Of a DNA stretch of 64,000 nucleotides, positions 37,728 through 50,379 are shown piece after piece. Under the pieces are notes generated by a model that saw only the letters and a program-made list of their open reading frames with translations, had not been told where the DNA came from and ran no database searches. Location of the stretch: positions 932,001-996,000 of the forward strand of contig CM075996.1 of assembly GCA_038087875.1 (NCBI GenBank). Direction: 5' to 3'. Each line of letters begins with the position of its first letter. Within the stretch, counting starts at the first letter, position 1. A program made the position numbers and the translations under genes. This stretch comes from Malacoraja senta. Lineage: Eukaryota.

Positions 37728-39956
37728 ATTATAACATTGTGGTTACTGAGAGCCGCTTGGAACATTTGAGATTAAGAATTTTATAAATAATACTTTTGTA
37801 GGATATGGAACAAAGAAAAGCAATTGGCATTGCAATATAGTGACCAGACTTAATCAGTTGAATGACCTCTTGTTCACAATGGCCCTGCCTTGTTGTAAAG
37901 TAGAGTCATAGACTGATACAGTGTGGAAACAGGCCCTTCAGCCCAACTTGCCCACACCGGCCAACATGTCCCAGCTACACTAGTCCCACTTGCCCGCGTT
38001 TGGTCCATATCCCTCCAAACCTGTCCTATCCACAAAGTACTTTTATTTGTTTAGTGGTTGTGCATGGGGAAATATCATTGGCAGAAAAATGTTTTTTTTA
38101 ATATTAAGGAACTGGTTATGTTATAGATCCACAAGGAGTAGTCCTGGGTTCCACGACCCCTTGGAGCCAGTGTGGTGGAGATTACAGAACGTACAGACCA
38201 GAATCATACATGAACTCCAAGGGTTCGGACATAGAAAAAATTGCTCTTCTTGGAATTTTAAATGTACAATCAGGATATATGGAGGAACTAATTGGGTAAA
38301 AAGGGTGATGCTATTGGCACAGCTTGGGGAATCTAGGACTGGAGGCTTTTTGGAAATTAAGTTAGACATATATCTACATGCAGTGGAATGGTTGCAATTT
38401 GGAACTCTGGCTTCCAAGGCAACTAATGTTAGTCAATCGTTAACTTTAAATCTGAGGTTGATAATATTTTGTTAACCAAAGATCTTAAGGGATATTGCAT
38501 GAGGACAGTTGTAGCAGCCGTCATCTCGTTGAACAGTTAACGAGTCAAATGCCTTCTCTTGTTCTGCTGTTCCTAAACTTTGTTTTTTCAGCTGTCAATA
38601 AATTTTCATCATTTGGATAAACAGACATCGCCCTCATCCCAACCCCTTATCTGTTTTCATTAGTTTGATAAGGTAGCAGCAACCTGGGTTATTGCTATGA
38701 ATAAACCTTTTAAAAATGCTCACGGTATGTTTATGCTTCTTTTGTAGAAACCCTCCCTGGATGCAGAGGAGTTTTGGCATTCTTTCGGGAGTTGTCTGTT
38801 GAGGTTTCAGGACGACCTGAGGAGGCAGTAAAATGGTCTCGGTGACAAAACAGCCTCCGAATACCTGGGGCAGCCCCAACAAACCACTGCTGCACACAGG
38901 GTGGTTATTATACATGGCCTGATGTCCGATATAAAACTGGTATTGTGCTGGTCTGGCTTGGTTTTCAACCCAGGGCTACAACAATGAATTTAATTACAGT
39001 GAGGTCTTTTAGAAGCGACAGAGGCCTAGAACAATCCGACTTGTGTTTCCAATTTTGCAGTATGAATGGTAAGTTAGATAAGACATTGGGGCCTGGTTGT
39101 GTATCCCCTTTGTTCAGGCCCAGGTGAACTGGAATCATGTGATCAAATGTAAAAACTTGTTAAACTGAAAAGCTGCCGGGACAGAGTCACAGAGCGACAA
39201 CATGTTCCCAGTCTGGTTGCTATCCGTCTCCCTTTGATTGCCGTGAATGTGCCAGAAGCCAGAAAGTTTGCCTCATGGGGTAGTTGGAATTTGGGGCCTA
39301 AGCAACATCCAGTCAAGTGGAACCACTGCCGGGATGAGAGAGAGCAATCAACCTCATGTCTGGAGCGGAAAGGTATGTGCAAGTGAATCACATGTTTGAC
39401 AACGGAGAAAATTGTCTTCCTTTCTTTAAAAATAGCGAGGAAATTAATTACAGTTTGGCTTATGTTCTTTGTTTCTCACAATTTGAGTCGGTCCTTGTTT
39501 ATTGATCGATCAGCGTGAGGGTTAATTAAAACTTTGGTGAACGAGATGTCAATTCCCACAACCAGGTAAACCAGAGAGGGGAACTAGTAAAGAACATGGG
39601 AGATAAAGTAGATTATCCCATTGTAATTATATCTCATTGTGGATAAAACTCATCCTTTCTCCGAATATTAGTTGAGGAAACTTTCTGCATCACGCACTTC
39701 TGCCTCCGTGCTAGTGATATCTTCAGAGAATATATTTGGAGGCCAGACATGGCAATTGATGTTGATATGAAGGTTCTTGCCGGAGGAGCTCTAAATACTA
39801 CTCTGTGGGGGGAAGGGATGCTTCTCAGTCATTACTTAGCGACTAGCCCACCTCACCTCTAGGTCATGGGTCAGGAATAATCAAGATATTTGAGTGCATA
39901 ATCCAGGCTGATGCTCTCGGTGCAGTTCTGAGGGAGAGCTGCACTGCTTTCAGCAG

Positions 39957-40172
39957 TAGAAACAAGGAACTGCAGATACCAGCTTACACAAAAGGCTGGA
40001 GTAACTCAGCGGGTGCGGCAGCATTTCTGGAGTAACATGGATAGGTGGCGCTTCGGGTCGGGACCCTTCTTCAGACCCTGAAGAAGGGTCCCGACCCGAA
40101 ATGTCACCTATTCATATTACGCCAGAGAAGCTGCCCAGCTTGCTGTTACCCCAGCACTTTCTGTCCTTCCAT
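39957..40172. mobile_element. Fold-back Penelope-derived element with hammerhead-like cores on both strands
   Basis: Centre cgggtcgggacccttcttcag-acc-ctgaagaagggtcccgacccg; 10 bp TSD CTTTCAGCAG (39947-39956, 40173-40182). Confidence 0.85.
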
Positions 40173-41107
40173 CTTTCAGCAGGTTCCATAAACTTTCTGA
40201 AGTGAACTCACTGGACCACGAGTCGGGGAAGGTATCTTGGTGTTTCCGACTAGTATTGATTACTTAACCAATGACAATCTTAAAATAATTCATTACATGA
40301 TCATTATTATATTGCTATTTGTAAGGTCTGGCTGGGCGCAAATTGGTTGCTGCATTCTCTATATAACCGTATATATAACTTTAAAAATGCTTGATTATCT
40401 ATCAAATATTTTAGTATGTCCCAAGGTTGTAGAAATAGAAAAGTCTTAAAATCGGTTGTACAAAATGTTGGGACTGAGAGACCACTTGTCTTGACTGGTC
40501 GCACATGTTAATGATATTTGATCGGAGGTGGGCAGGAGTTGGGGTGCTGGTATCTGGCGGAGGAAAGAGGTGTCCCAAAAGTCAAGCAATCATCAAGGTT
40601 GTGTGGGTGTGTGGGGGGGGGGGGAGGTGGTGGGAGGAGGGAGAAGGTGTGGGGAAAGGAGAAGATTGGGGGGTGGGGGGGAGGAGGAGAGATTGGGGGT
40701 GGGGGGGGGGGGAGGAGAAAGGCGGAGAGGTTGCAAATCACTGACACCGCATTTGTCCGTGGGGGAAAGTTGAGTTGAAAACACAAACTAACCTTTGAAC
40801 GCCTGTGACGTTTTGCTTGCTGAAGAGTGACACTCTAATTCTGAATGTTGCACTTTAATCAGAGAGTTTAGCAGAATGCTTTGCTAGTGTGCCTCACAGC
40901 TACATTCCAGGTAATCAGCTGCCTTCTGTTACTTGATGTGCTTCCCTGCTCACAGCAGAGTTACGCCGTTCCCACACATCACTGGTTCAGAGCTCAGAAG
41001 CTTCCTCGCTGCGGCAGATTGACATGAGAAAGCTCAGAACCACTGAACTATTAAAAAGCTCACCTAAAGTCCCAGGCTGTACCTTATTCCAAGCACCTGT
41101 TCCATAT

Positions 41108-41139
<32 letters not shown>

Positions 41140-41499
41140 ATGGCAAAAGCCTTGAAATCATCTCAGACAAACACTCTTGATTAGATTCCAGCCTGTAACT
41201 TACTCTCAGGCACCTGTTAGTTCACATATATACCTCCTTCATCATCTCTTCATTACATTCCCTGGCTTTAATTCGCTCCTCAGTATTTGTTACTCCATTT
41301 AAACTCACAAAACCCTCAATTGAATTCCAGTATAACTCACTTTCAGGTCCTGTTCTTCTGTACAAAGCCCCTCCAAAACTGCTTGGTTATATCCAAATCT
41401 GCATCTCTGTATCTATTATTCTCAATATAAATCCCCCTCAAACCCTTTGATTGGATACTAGCCTATATTCCCTTTTGAGGTTTTGGGTATCTCAGATTG

Positions 41500-41680
41500 T
41501 GTGCATCTGTGCTTATATATGTGTGTATGCGTATGTATGTATATGTATTGTTTATGTATATATATATATATATATATATATTGCATGTGTATGTATATGT
41601 ATTACGTGTGTATGTATATGTATTGTGTGTGTATGTATATATATATATGTATTGTGTATATAGATAGAAATATAAATATA
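41500..41680. repeat. Compound (TA)n/(TG)n microsatellite
   Basis: Read directly. Confidence 0.9.
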
Positions 41681-42079
41681 TAATTACACACCAAATAATT
41701 TTGATTCCGTCTTCGATATCTATTATTCCCTTTATAAACTCCCTAAAACGCAAGACAAGACTCTATTCTGTAACTAAGAAGGTTTCTCACACGTCTCAAC
41801 TAGATTCCAGTTTGCCGCTTACTCCAGGGTACTGCAAACCTCCAAAACCTTTGACTAGATTCCAGCCCGTGTCTGTTTTTCAACATATAAAACACCATGA
41901 AACTCTCAATTAGATTTCATCCTACGACCCTGTTATTCAAGGGTAGTGGAGCATCTGAGAATCGGTGTAAACATTTGACGGGTTCTGGGAAAGACCTCGA
42001 AGTGAGGTAGATCGTAGTTTTGCAAGAAAGCAGGGAATGAGGGATGAGATATGTTACCTAATAAAGCATCGTACATTGG

Positions 42080-43220
42080 TGTAACATGTATGTATAAATT
42101 ACATAATAATACTGCCCGTTACTGAGTATAATTATTAACACACCTATATCACAGAATTTAACACCTCTGTGTGTATTTCAGAATAATATACTGTGCCTTA
42201 CAGGCAATGAAAGGTGCCTTGTATCAATGGACCTGGTTCACACCTCACAGTTCCATTCCTTGTCAATCTGACATCTCCATTTAATCATTTGTAGCCACGT
42301 GGCTACAAGCTGCTCAAAACTTCACCGTAGCTGCTGTTTAGCGAAGCAGAGTGGGTCTTGAACTACATTTAGTCCTCACACAGTTGATGCCAAAGCCATG
42401 CCCACACTGGCTTTCTGGTAGTGTGTGATTTATATAACATGTTTACATCATCATACTGTTACCGATTAACCACGTATCACTGGGAATAATACCTCTATGC
42501 AATACATAATAACGCACTATGCTTGACTGAATGTAACACTTCTGTGTACATTGCAGATTAAAACGTGCCACGCGGGTGTAACATCCTCGCATGTAACACA
42601 CAGTGAATTAGTGGGAATGACACAAATAATAGCACTCATTTTTATAACTGAGCACACACTCCTGAATATACTGCAGAATAACACATGGTTTGCTGGCCTA
42701 ACATTCCTGTACATATATTACACACATACTGTGCATTACTGAGTATGATATTTATGTTACATACAAGGTACTCTGTTACTGGTTGTAACATTCTTGTGTA
42801 TATTAGATAATAGTACACTTTGCATTACTGAGTATGACACTTCCGAATATATTGCATAAACATACATACGTTACTGGGTTAACTTTCCTGGATTTGTCAA
42901 ATAATATTTCAGCTTGCATTACTGACTATAACGCTGCAGTTTAAAATCTGATACGCCTGTGAATGTTTAATAGTAACAGCCTGAGCACTACTTAATATAA
43001 CATTACTCTGCACAACATATAACAACACACTGCACTTTACTGTGTATAATCCTGAATATATTACATATTAGCACACTGCATTACTGGGTGGTGTACTCTC
43101 ATGTGTAATATATAATAACACTCTTTATTACTGGGCATAGTGTTCTGTATATGTCATAAAACAATAGAAAATATATTACAAAGTATGCCACACTCCGATA
43201 ATCTAGTATGTAGTAGAAAA
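42080..43220 (+). repeat. Highly degenerate AT-rich minisatellite (~45 bp; tgcattactgagtataacactcctgtatatattaca-like)
   Basis: The motif ttactgag/ttactggg...taacac...tatatta recurs more than 10 times. Confidence 0.6.
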
Positions 43221-43297
43221 AATGTTCAAGAAGGAACTGTAGGTGCTGGAAAATCGAAGGTGGACAAAAGTGCTGGAGAATCTCAGCGGGTGCTATG

Positions 43298-43662
43298 TAA
43301 CATAGAAACATAGAAAATAGGTGCAGGAGTAGGCCATTCGGCCCTTCGAGCCTGCACCGCCATTCAATATGATCATGGCTGATCATCCAACTCAGTATCC
43401 TGTACCTGCCTTCTCTCCATACCCCCTGATCCCTTTAGCCACAAGGGCCACATCTAACTCCCTCTTAAATATAGCCAATGAACTGGCCTCAACTACCTTC
43501 TGTGGCAGAGAATTCCACAGATTCACCACTCTCTGTGTAATTTTTTTTTTTCTCATCTCAGTCCTAAAAGATTTCCCCTTTATCCTTAAACTGTGACCCT
43601 TGTTCTGGACTTTCCCAACATCGGGAACAATCTTCCTGCATCGAGCCTGTCCAACCCCTTAG
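43298..43662 (-). mobile_element. Young CR1/HER1-like LINE 3' end
   Basis: Near-identical to 21290-21645. Confidence 0.92.
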
Positions 43663-44859
43663 TAGTGCTAGGCTGTGTGTCAATGGATATCAAACTGTAC
43701 ATAATGTACAAATCTGTTTTATTGGTCTTAGCACTCCAATTACTGGATCGAATCTAATATAAGGAGCGTTGTCAATATTTTTATTTGTATAATGTGAGGT
43801 GATGAATATAATAATATAGTGGAATATTACATGGATATAAATCACAATAAAGCCCATTGTCTTACCAGGCCAGTGTAGATCTGTGGAGACTGGGAGGTGG
43901 GTTTAGGGGTACCTGTTATTTTGGACAGTGGTGCGGGCTGTGGCTAAGTGTGGAATCAGCGACTCTTCCCATTGCCAAGCCCTGCATCCTCTGTGTTTGG
44001 CTCAGGCTGATGTGATAATGGGACTGTCATTTATGTAATTCCATAACTGGCTTTATTCGAGTAGGAGGCAGCACACAAGGCGGCTTTATTCAGAAAGTGT
44101 CTCACTATTCATGGGCAATAAGACAGGACTGACTGTGGTGGCTGTCCTCTTGTACTGCTTTGTACGTTCCTTTCTTCATTTTGTAAGGAAATAACCTTTT
44201 AAACATGCTGACCTCTGACCTTTCTGAATTGCAGAGGGTTTGAGTGTGGTTCAGCAGCTGCGCGACCTTGACAGCCTTCCCAGTGTTGAGTCGAATGAAT
44301 CCCATCTTTGTGTTCCCACTTGTTTTGGTTCCTGCGTCAGGATGGCAGGTTGCTGGCATAGACTGGGATGTGTTTGAGGCGCCTGAAAGGGAATTCCTTG
44401 TTCAACAAGTGTTAAGAGGGGGAAAAAACTGGTAGGGAGGGCAGATTTTTTTTTTGCGTGTAAACTTGAGGGGGTTTGTTGAATGCTCACCATTAGCCAT
44501 GGCTTTGTAATTGTAACTGTGTCAGGATAACAAAACCTGGCCAAATTTTGGTCCACTACTCATGAGAAGTCACTTTCTTCTGGGATGTGAATTTTAGCAA
44601 TTGTCTATTTTAGAGGCTGGCATCTTATTGAGGCAGGACCAACAGCTTTTTGGATGTTGACCACCAGATAAAAGGATTGGAGGAAAAGTTGGAAGATTGA
44701 ATTTCACAGATCTTACTGATGAGGAAGCAGCCTGAAAGGGCCAAAAGGCTTCTTAGTTTAGTTCGGAGATATAGTGTGGAAACAGGCCCTTCGTCCCACC
44801 GAGTCCGCGTTGTAAAATTCTTGTGTATATTAGACCATAGTACACTTTGCATTACTGAG

Positions 44860-45500
44860 TCAATATGCTCTCTACTGTACAGCAGAGAGCATATTGACTG
44901 GTTGCATCATGGCCTGGTTCAGCAACTTGAACGTCCAGGAGCGGAAAAGACTGCAAAAAGTTGTGACCACTGCCCAGTCCATCATCGGCTCTGACCTCCC
45001 CACCGTCGAAGGGATCTATCAGAGTTGCTGCCTCAAAAAGGCTGCCAATATCATCAGAGACCCACACCATTGGTGCTGATTGGGGATGATCAGCCATGAT
45101 CGCATTGAATGGTGGTGCTGCTCAAAGGGCCGAATGGCCTACTCCTGCACCTATTGTCTATTGTCTATTGTCACCCTGGCCACACACTCATTTCACCATT
45201 GCTATCGGGAAGAAGGTACAGGAGCCTGAAACTGTAACGTCCAGGTTCAGGAACAGCTTCTTCCCGACAGCCATCAGGCTATTAAACACAACAACAAATA
45301 AGCTCTGAACTACAACAGACTATTATTATTATTGCACCATATTTGTTAATTTATTGAGTATGTGTGTATGTGTATATATACACACTGAACTTTTTTTCTC
45401 TTGTTTATGTACTATGTTTACATATTCTGTTGTGCCGCAGCAAGTAAGAATGTCATTGTTCTATCTGGGACACATGACAATAAAACACTCTTGACTCTCT
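44860..45500 (+). mobile_element. Rex1/Babar-like LINE 3' fragment interrupted by a ~95 bp CR1 tail
   Basis: TGCIMAWFSNLNVQERKRLQKVVTTAQSIIG...SRFRNSFFPTAIRLLN; CR1 3' UTR at about 45075-45170; closely related to 52530-53380. Confidence 0.85.
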
Positions 45501-46419
45501 TGTCTCTTGACCACTGATCACCCGTACATTAGTTCTATCCCACACACTGAGGACAATTTACAGAAGAAAATTAACCTACAAATCAGCGCGTCTTTGGAAT
45601 GTGGGAGGAAACCGAAGAAGCCCACACACTCACAGGAAGAACGTTCAAACTCCGTACAGACAGCATCCATAGTCAAGATCGAACCCAGGTCTCTACTGCT
45701 GCTCCACCCATTTCTACTCCTATTCCTCTAGTTCTACTGCACAGCTGGAATTTACCATCATTTAAATCAATAACAAGCCTTGGTTATCTGTTAGAATCCT
45801 GTACTATCAAGAGAAGCTGCCTTGTAAAACATATGCAAGATGGTGTATTCCAACTGCTAATGGACATCAACTCTCCACTGTCACAAATCTTAGAGGCATG
45901 CTATGTGGTCCATATTCTGTCTGCCAGATGTTTATATCCTACATGAGCCTTCTCCCAAACTCTCCTCTCACCATCTCCTCATATCTCCTCCCTTTCCTTT
46001 CCTCCTTGAGTGTTTGCCCAGCTTCCTCACTCAACCACGCAATGCAAAGTGGATCAGCTATTAAAGCTGCCTCTGCACAGCTTTTGGTGACCTAGGTTCA
46101 ATCCTGACCTTTGGTGCTGTCTGGGCGAAGTTTTCACTTTCTACGTTTTTTTTTGCCAAGTTCTCCTGTTTTCCGATCTCAAAACCACGAGGATTGATAG
46201 GTTCATTCACTGTTGTAAGTTGTCCCCACGTGTGTAGGTGAGTGGTAGAACCTGGGAGGAGTTGCGGAAAATGTGGCGAGAATAGGTAATGGGAAATGAG
46301 ATTGTTGACATGGGCACAATGGGTCAAAATAGCTTCCTTCTATGCCGTAAGGAGATAATGGAAGAAATGAAATCCCTGTGGGAGAGTAAGGTCCATTTGA
46401 ACGGCACCCATTGGAACCA

Positions 46420-46950
46420 TTGGAACAATCTGCCACAGGCAATGATGGTCCAATTCTATACGGCCATCGTAAAGTCTATCCTCACCTCTCCATCGTGGTC
46501 TGGCTTGGCTCAGCCACCAAGCACGACACCTGGAGGCTGCAGCGAATCATCCGATCAGCTGTGAAGGTTATTGCCTGCAACCTTCCCTCCATTTATGAAC
46601 TGTACACTGCAAGGGCCAGGAAGCGAGCGGGTAAGATCATCTCTGACCCCTCTCTCCCTGGCCACAAACTCTTTGAATCACTTCTCTCTGGAAGGCGACT
46701 CCGGACTGTCAAAGCTGCCACAGCCAGACAGAAAAACAGCGTTTTTTCCACGAGTAGTAGCTCTACTCAATAACCAAAGATCTGTAGCCTCCTTTTGCTC
46801 TGGTATTTTATTTAAGTCACATGTTTAACCGATAATGTTTTATTATTAATGTTTGAACTGTCACTGTATGTCATGTTGTCACTTGCGGGTGGAGCACCAA
46901 GGCAAATTCCTTGTATGTGAATACTTGGCCAATAAACTTATTCATTCATT
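46420..46950 (+). mobile_element. Rex1/Babar-like LINE 3' fragment (different subfamily)
   Basis: MVQFYTAIVKSILT...RLQRIIRSAVKVI...DPSLPGHKLFESLLSGRRLR; tail aataaacttattcattcattc. Confidence 0.8.
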
Positions 46951-47669
46951 CATTAGTGACTATTTTATATTTACACCTACTCATTCGTTACTGACCATGT
47001 CAAAGCATTCACCGTATTATGATCTAAAAGATCTTTATCGGGCCAAATATTAATCCTCTTGTGAAGAGAAGTGCATGTGCTTATTCCATTTTTCCTTATT
47101 GGTGTAATCTCTCAGTTATGGGCTCAGTCTTATAACTCTTTACTGCACCTTCACTGGTACCTGTATTAAATAGTGACCAGAGCAGTTCACAGTGTTGCAA
47201 GTATAATCTTAACTAAGATCTGGTGTAAGTTTAAATAACATCTCTACTCTCTGATTTGGAAATGAACCGGAGTACTTGTGTGTGCCCCCCACTTTGAAAG
47301 TTTAGTGTTTCTGGATCACTACATTCCATTGCTCATCCACCCCATTAATATTCTTATTGTCTCAGTGTCAACCTTTCATTAATTTGCATGCTGAATCATC
47401 ATTAGATTGAGTGGAATTCCTCCACCACAGTGGTCTGTATCCAAAGACACAGGAAGTGAATGACATTAACTGCATTCTAAAATTATGAACAATGGAAAGT
47501 GGTGGGGGTGGTTATCTATTATGTGGCGACTGAAGTCAAACTTCCTCCTTCACCTCTTAGTACTTTAACAAGCTCACTTGATGCCTCACTGATCGATGAC
47601 CCCACTGAGCACATTGATACTGAGATTCAATTCCATTTCCCTATCCCTATTAGCGTTTACGTTGACCAC

Positions 47670-47972
47670 AGGGCGCAGCGGTAGAGTTACTGCCTTACAA
47701 CACCAGAGACCCGAGTTTGATCCTGGCCTACAGGCACTTGTCTGTACGGAGATTGTACCTTTTCCCCGTGACCGCATGGGTTTTCTCCAAGAACTTCATT
47801 CCTCCCACACTTCAAAGACGTATAGATTTGTAAGTTAATTGGCTTGGTATAAATGTAAAAATTGTCCCTAGTGTTCCATAGTGTTAATGTGCGGGGATCG
47901 CTGGTCGGTGCGGACTCGGTGGGCCGAAGGGCCTGTTTCTGCTCAGTATCTCTACACTAAACTAAAACTAAA
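47670..47972 (+). mobile_element. HE1/V-SINE-like tRNA-derived SINE
   Basis: Head ggcgcagcggtagagttactgccttaca, body ttccccgtgaccgcatgggttttctcc, tail gggccgaagggcctgtttc...(ctaaa)n. Confidence 0.8.
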
Positions 47973-48169
47973 CAGGGCAGGGTCTTACTCGAGGCCCAAT
48001 GTATAGGAGTGGCCATAGTTAACCTAGTTTTCCCGTTCCTGGTTTCATCGTAGTGAAGTATTTTGGAAAGTACGTGTACTCGTATTTAATGCAAGGTCGT
48101 GGTCAGGCTCTCAATCTAGTTCACTGTTCAGACCAGTTGGCTGCTTGGATTTCTGGATAAATATATATA

Positions 48170-49310
48170 TATATTTTTTAATTTGTATTTATTAGAAGTA
48201 CATTACATTACAACCAATTACATTAGTACTTATCACGTATATCTTATTACAATTAATGAACTCCGTCATTTTTTACACTGATAAAAAGGAAAGGTTGAGA
48301 TTAAGAAAAAAGAGAAAGTGAAGGAAAATAGTGAAGGTGTAAAAACGTGACAACAAGAAAGAACAGAGACCCTGTAGAAAAGAAATTAAAAAGAAAGGAT
48401 TAAGAGATATACCCTAAAGAAGAAAGAAAAGAGAAAGAGGAAAAAAGAGAAAAACAAATACTTTGTTATAAGCATCACGCAAATGGGACATACCAACTCT
48501 CCAGCTTTCATCCCCTTTACCTGACCTCAGATTTTTTTTTAAGTACTTTTGCACCCTATACTTGTAATAATTCTATAAATGCAGACCACGTCAGGTGGAA
48601 GTGATCTGGTTTACCTGCCAGGAGGAGTCTTATCTCTTCTAGGTGTAATGTTTCAAACATATTTGAAATCCACATGTTTATAGTTGGTATTGGAGCGTTT
48701 TTCCAGAATTTTAGGATTAACTTTTTTCCAGTTATTAACCGTAATCTATTAATTTCTTTTGAAACACATTTAGTTCAGGACTATCTTCCGTTGTTCCGGA
48801 GATAATCCATTCTGCTTTGGTATCAGTTTTATTTTAAATAATTTTGTAAAGATTTCAAAATTTAAATCCAAAAATTTTGAATTTTTGTACAAAAAACAAA
48901 TGAGGTGCGCTATAGTAGCTTCTTGAGATTGACATTTAGCACAAATGGATGATACATTGGGGAAAATTTTATTCATTTTAGTTTTTGAATAATATAATCT
49001 ATGTAAAATGTTAAATTGTATTAAAGTGTGTCTTACATTAATCGAACATTTATGCACGTTTAATAAATGTTCATTCCACCTTTCCTTTGAGATTTTAATA
49101 GCTAATTCTTGTTCCCAGACTCTTCTAATACCTTCCGTAGATGGTATTTCTACATTTAAGATAATATTATACAAATATGATATTAAGTTTGCTGATTCAG
49201 CTTTTCTGCATTGCTTCATCCAATACATCTGCTGGGATATTATAATGATCTTTTGTATATTTTTTCAAATAGTCACATATAATTCAATGTCATTGTTAAT
49301 CCCGTGCCTT
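48170..49310 (-). mobile_element. L1-clade LINE 3' fragment (ORF2 C-terminal Cys-rich region)
   Basis: WEQELAIKISKERW...IQFNILHRLYYSKTKMNKIFPNVSSICAKCQSQEATIAHL, followed by a pyrimidine-rich 3' UTR on the minus strand. Confidence 0.85.
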
Positions 49311-49445
49311 CTATCGGAAAGGAAGTTAAACCTCCGAATATTTTGAAACCCAAACGTTGATCATTTTTGCTTCCGCAGTTCAGAAATTCAAAGGCTGTGA
49401 TTATGGAGCTACCCTGGGTGAAAAGACATTTCCCACACCAACTTA

Positions 49446-49965
49446 AGGGCCTGTCCCACTGCGGCGACCTAATCCGCGAGTTCTGACAAATTTGCCCTCG
49501 ACTCCTACTCGCAGCATGGTCCACGCGAGGTCCTAGGAGGTCTTTGTAACTCTCCTTCATGCTTGAGCGTAGTCCCCGTGTACTCGAGGCCTCAGCTAGG
49601 TCGCGGCGTATTTTCAACTTGTTGAAAAATGCCCGCAAGTAAAAAAAAGGTCGCCATGGAAAAAATCGCTACTTTTTTTACTCGTAGGTTTAGTCGAAGT
49701 AGGTCGTAGTAGGTCCGCATGTTAATCGTAGGTAATCGATGGTGGTCAAAGGTAGTCGTAGATAGTCTTCAACATAGTCGAAGGGAGGTCAAAGGAGATG
49801 GAAGGTGGTCGTCTTCACTCTCCACTATTTGGTGTCCAATTTTCCCGAAGCTAGTTGAAGCTAGTCTTCTACATAGTCGAAGGAGGTCTTCAACATGACA
49901 TTTTTTCAAACACTCCTAAACTCTTCTAAACTCGCGAATTAGGTCGCCCAAGTGGGACAGCCCCT
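49446..49965. mobile_element. PIF/Harbinger-type MITE (520 bp, longest copy)
   Basis: TIR AGGGCCTGTCCCACTGCGGCGACCTAAT / ATTAGGTCGCCCAAGTGGGACAGCCCCT; flanks TTA / TAA. Confidence 0.85.
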
Positions 49966-50225
49966 TAACTCACTTCAGCCCCAAACAAGAAAGGACCATT
50001 ATTCACATTCTCATTCGCTTTAGATCACCAACCCCTTGAATTTCTGAACCAAAAATGATCAGTATTTGCATTTCCAAACATCCAGAGATTTATTTTGCTT
50101 TCCGAACAAAGGCAGTAGATTAACAACGATGTTCAGAGCTACTTGCATTAACACTTCCCACCTTCGAGGCTTGGTTGCCACATCCATTGCAGTAGTAGTG
50201 AGGGAGCACGGCACATAAAGAGAGA

Positions 50226-50355
50226 ATTCTGAAGCAGGGTCTTGACCTGAAACGTCACCCGTTCCTTCTCTCCAGAGATGCTGCCTGTCCCGCTGAGTTA
50301 CTCCAGCTTTTTGTGTCTACCTTCGATGTAAACCAGCATCTGCAGTTCTTTCCCA
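50226..50355 (+). mobile_element. Penelope-derived terminal-repeat fragment
   Basis: 14 bp TSD CACATAAAGAGAGA (50212-50225, 50356-50369). Confidence 0.85.
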
Positions 50356-50379
50356 CACATAAAGAGAGACAGCACCAAA

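Noticed and set aside
40505..41753. Gly/Pro-rich and Tyr/Ile/Cys-rich ORFs
   Set aside because: Translations of G-tracts and (TA)/(TG) microsatellites.
49443..49968. piggyBac or Kolobok element because of TTAA on both flanks
   Set aside because: Sibling copies show 3 bp TSDs (TCA, TAA, TTA) with AGGG termini, so TTAA here is probably coincidental.
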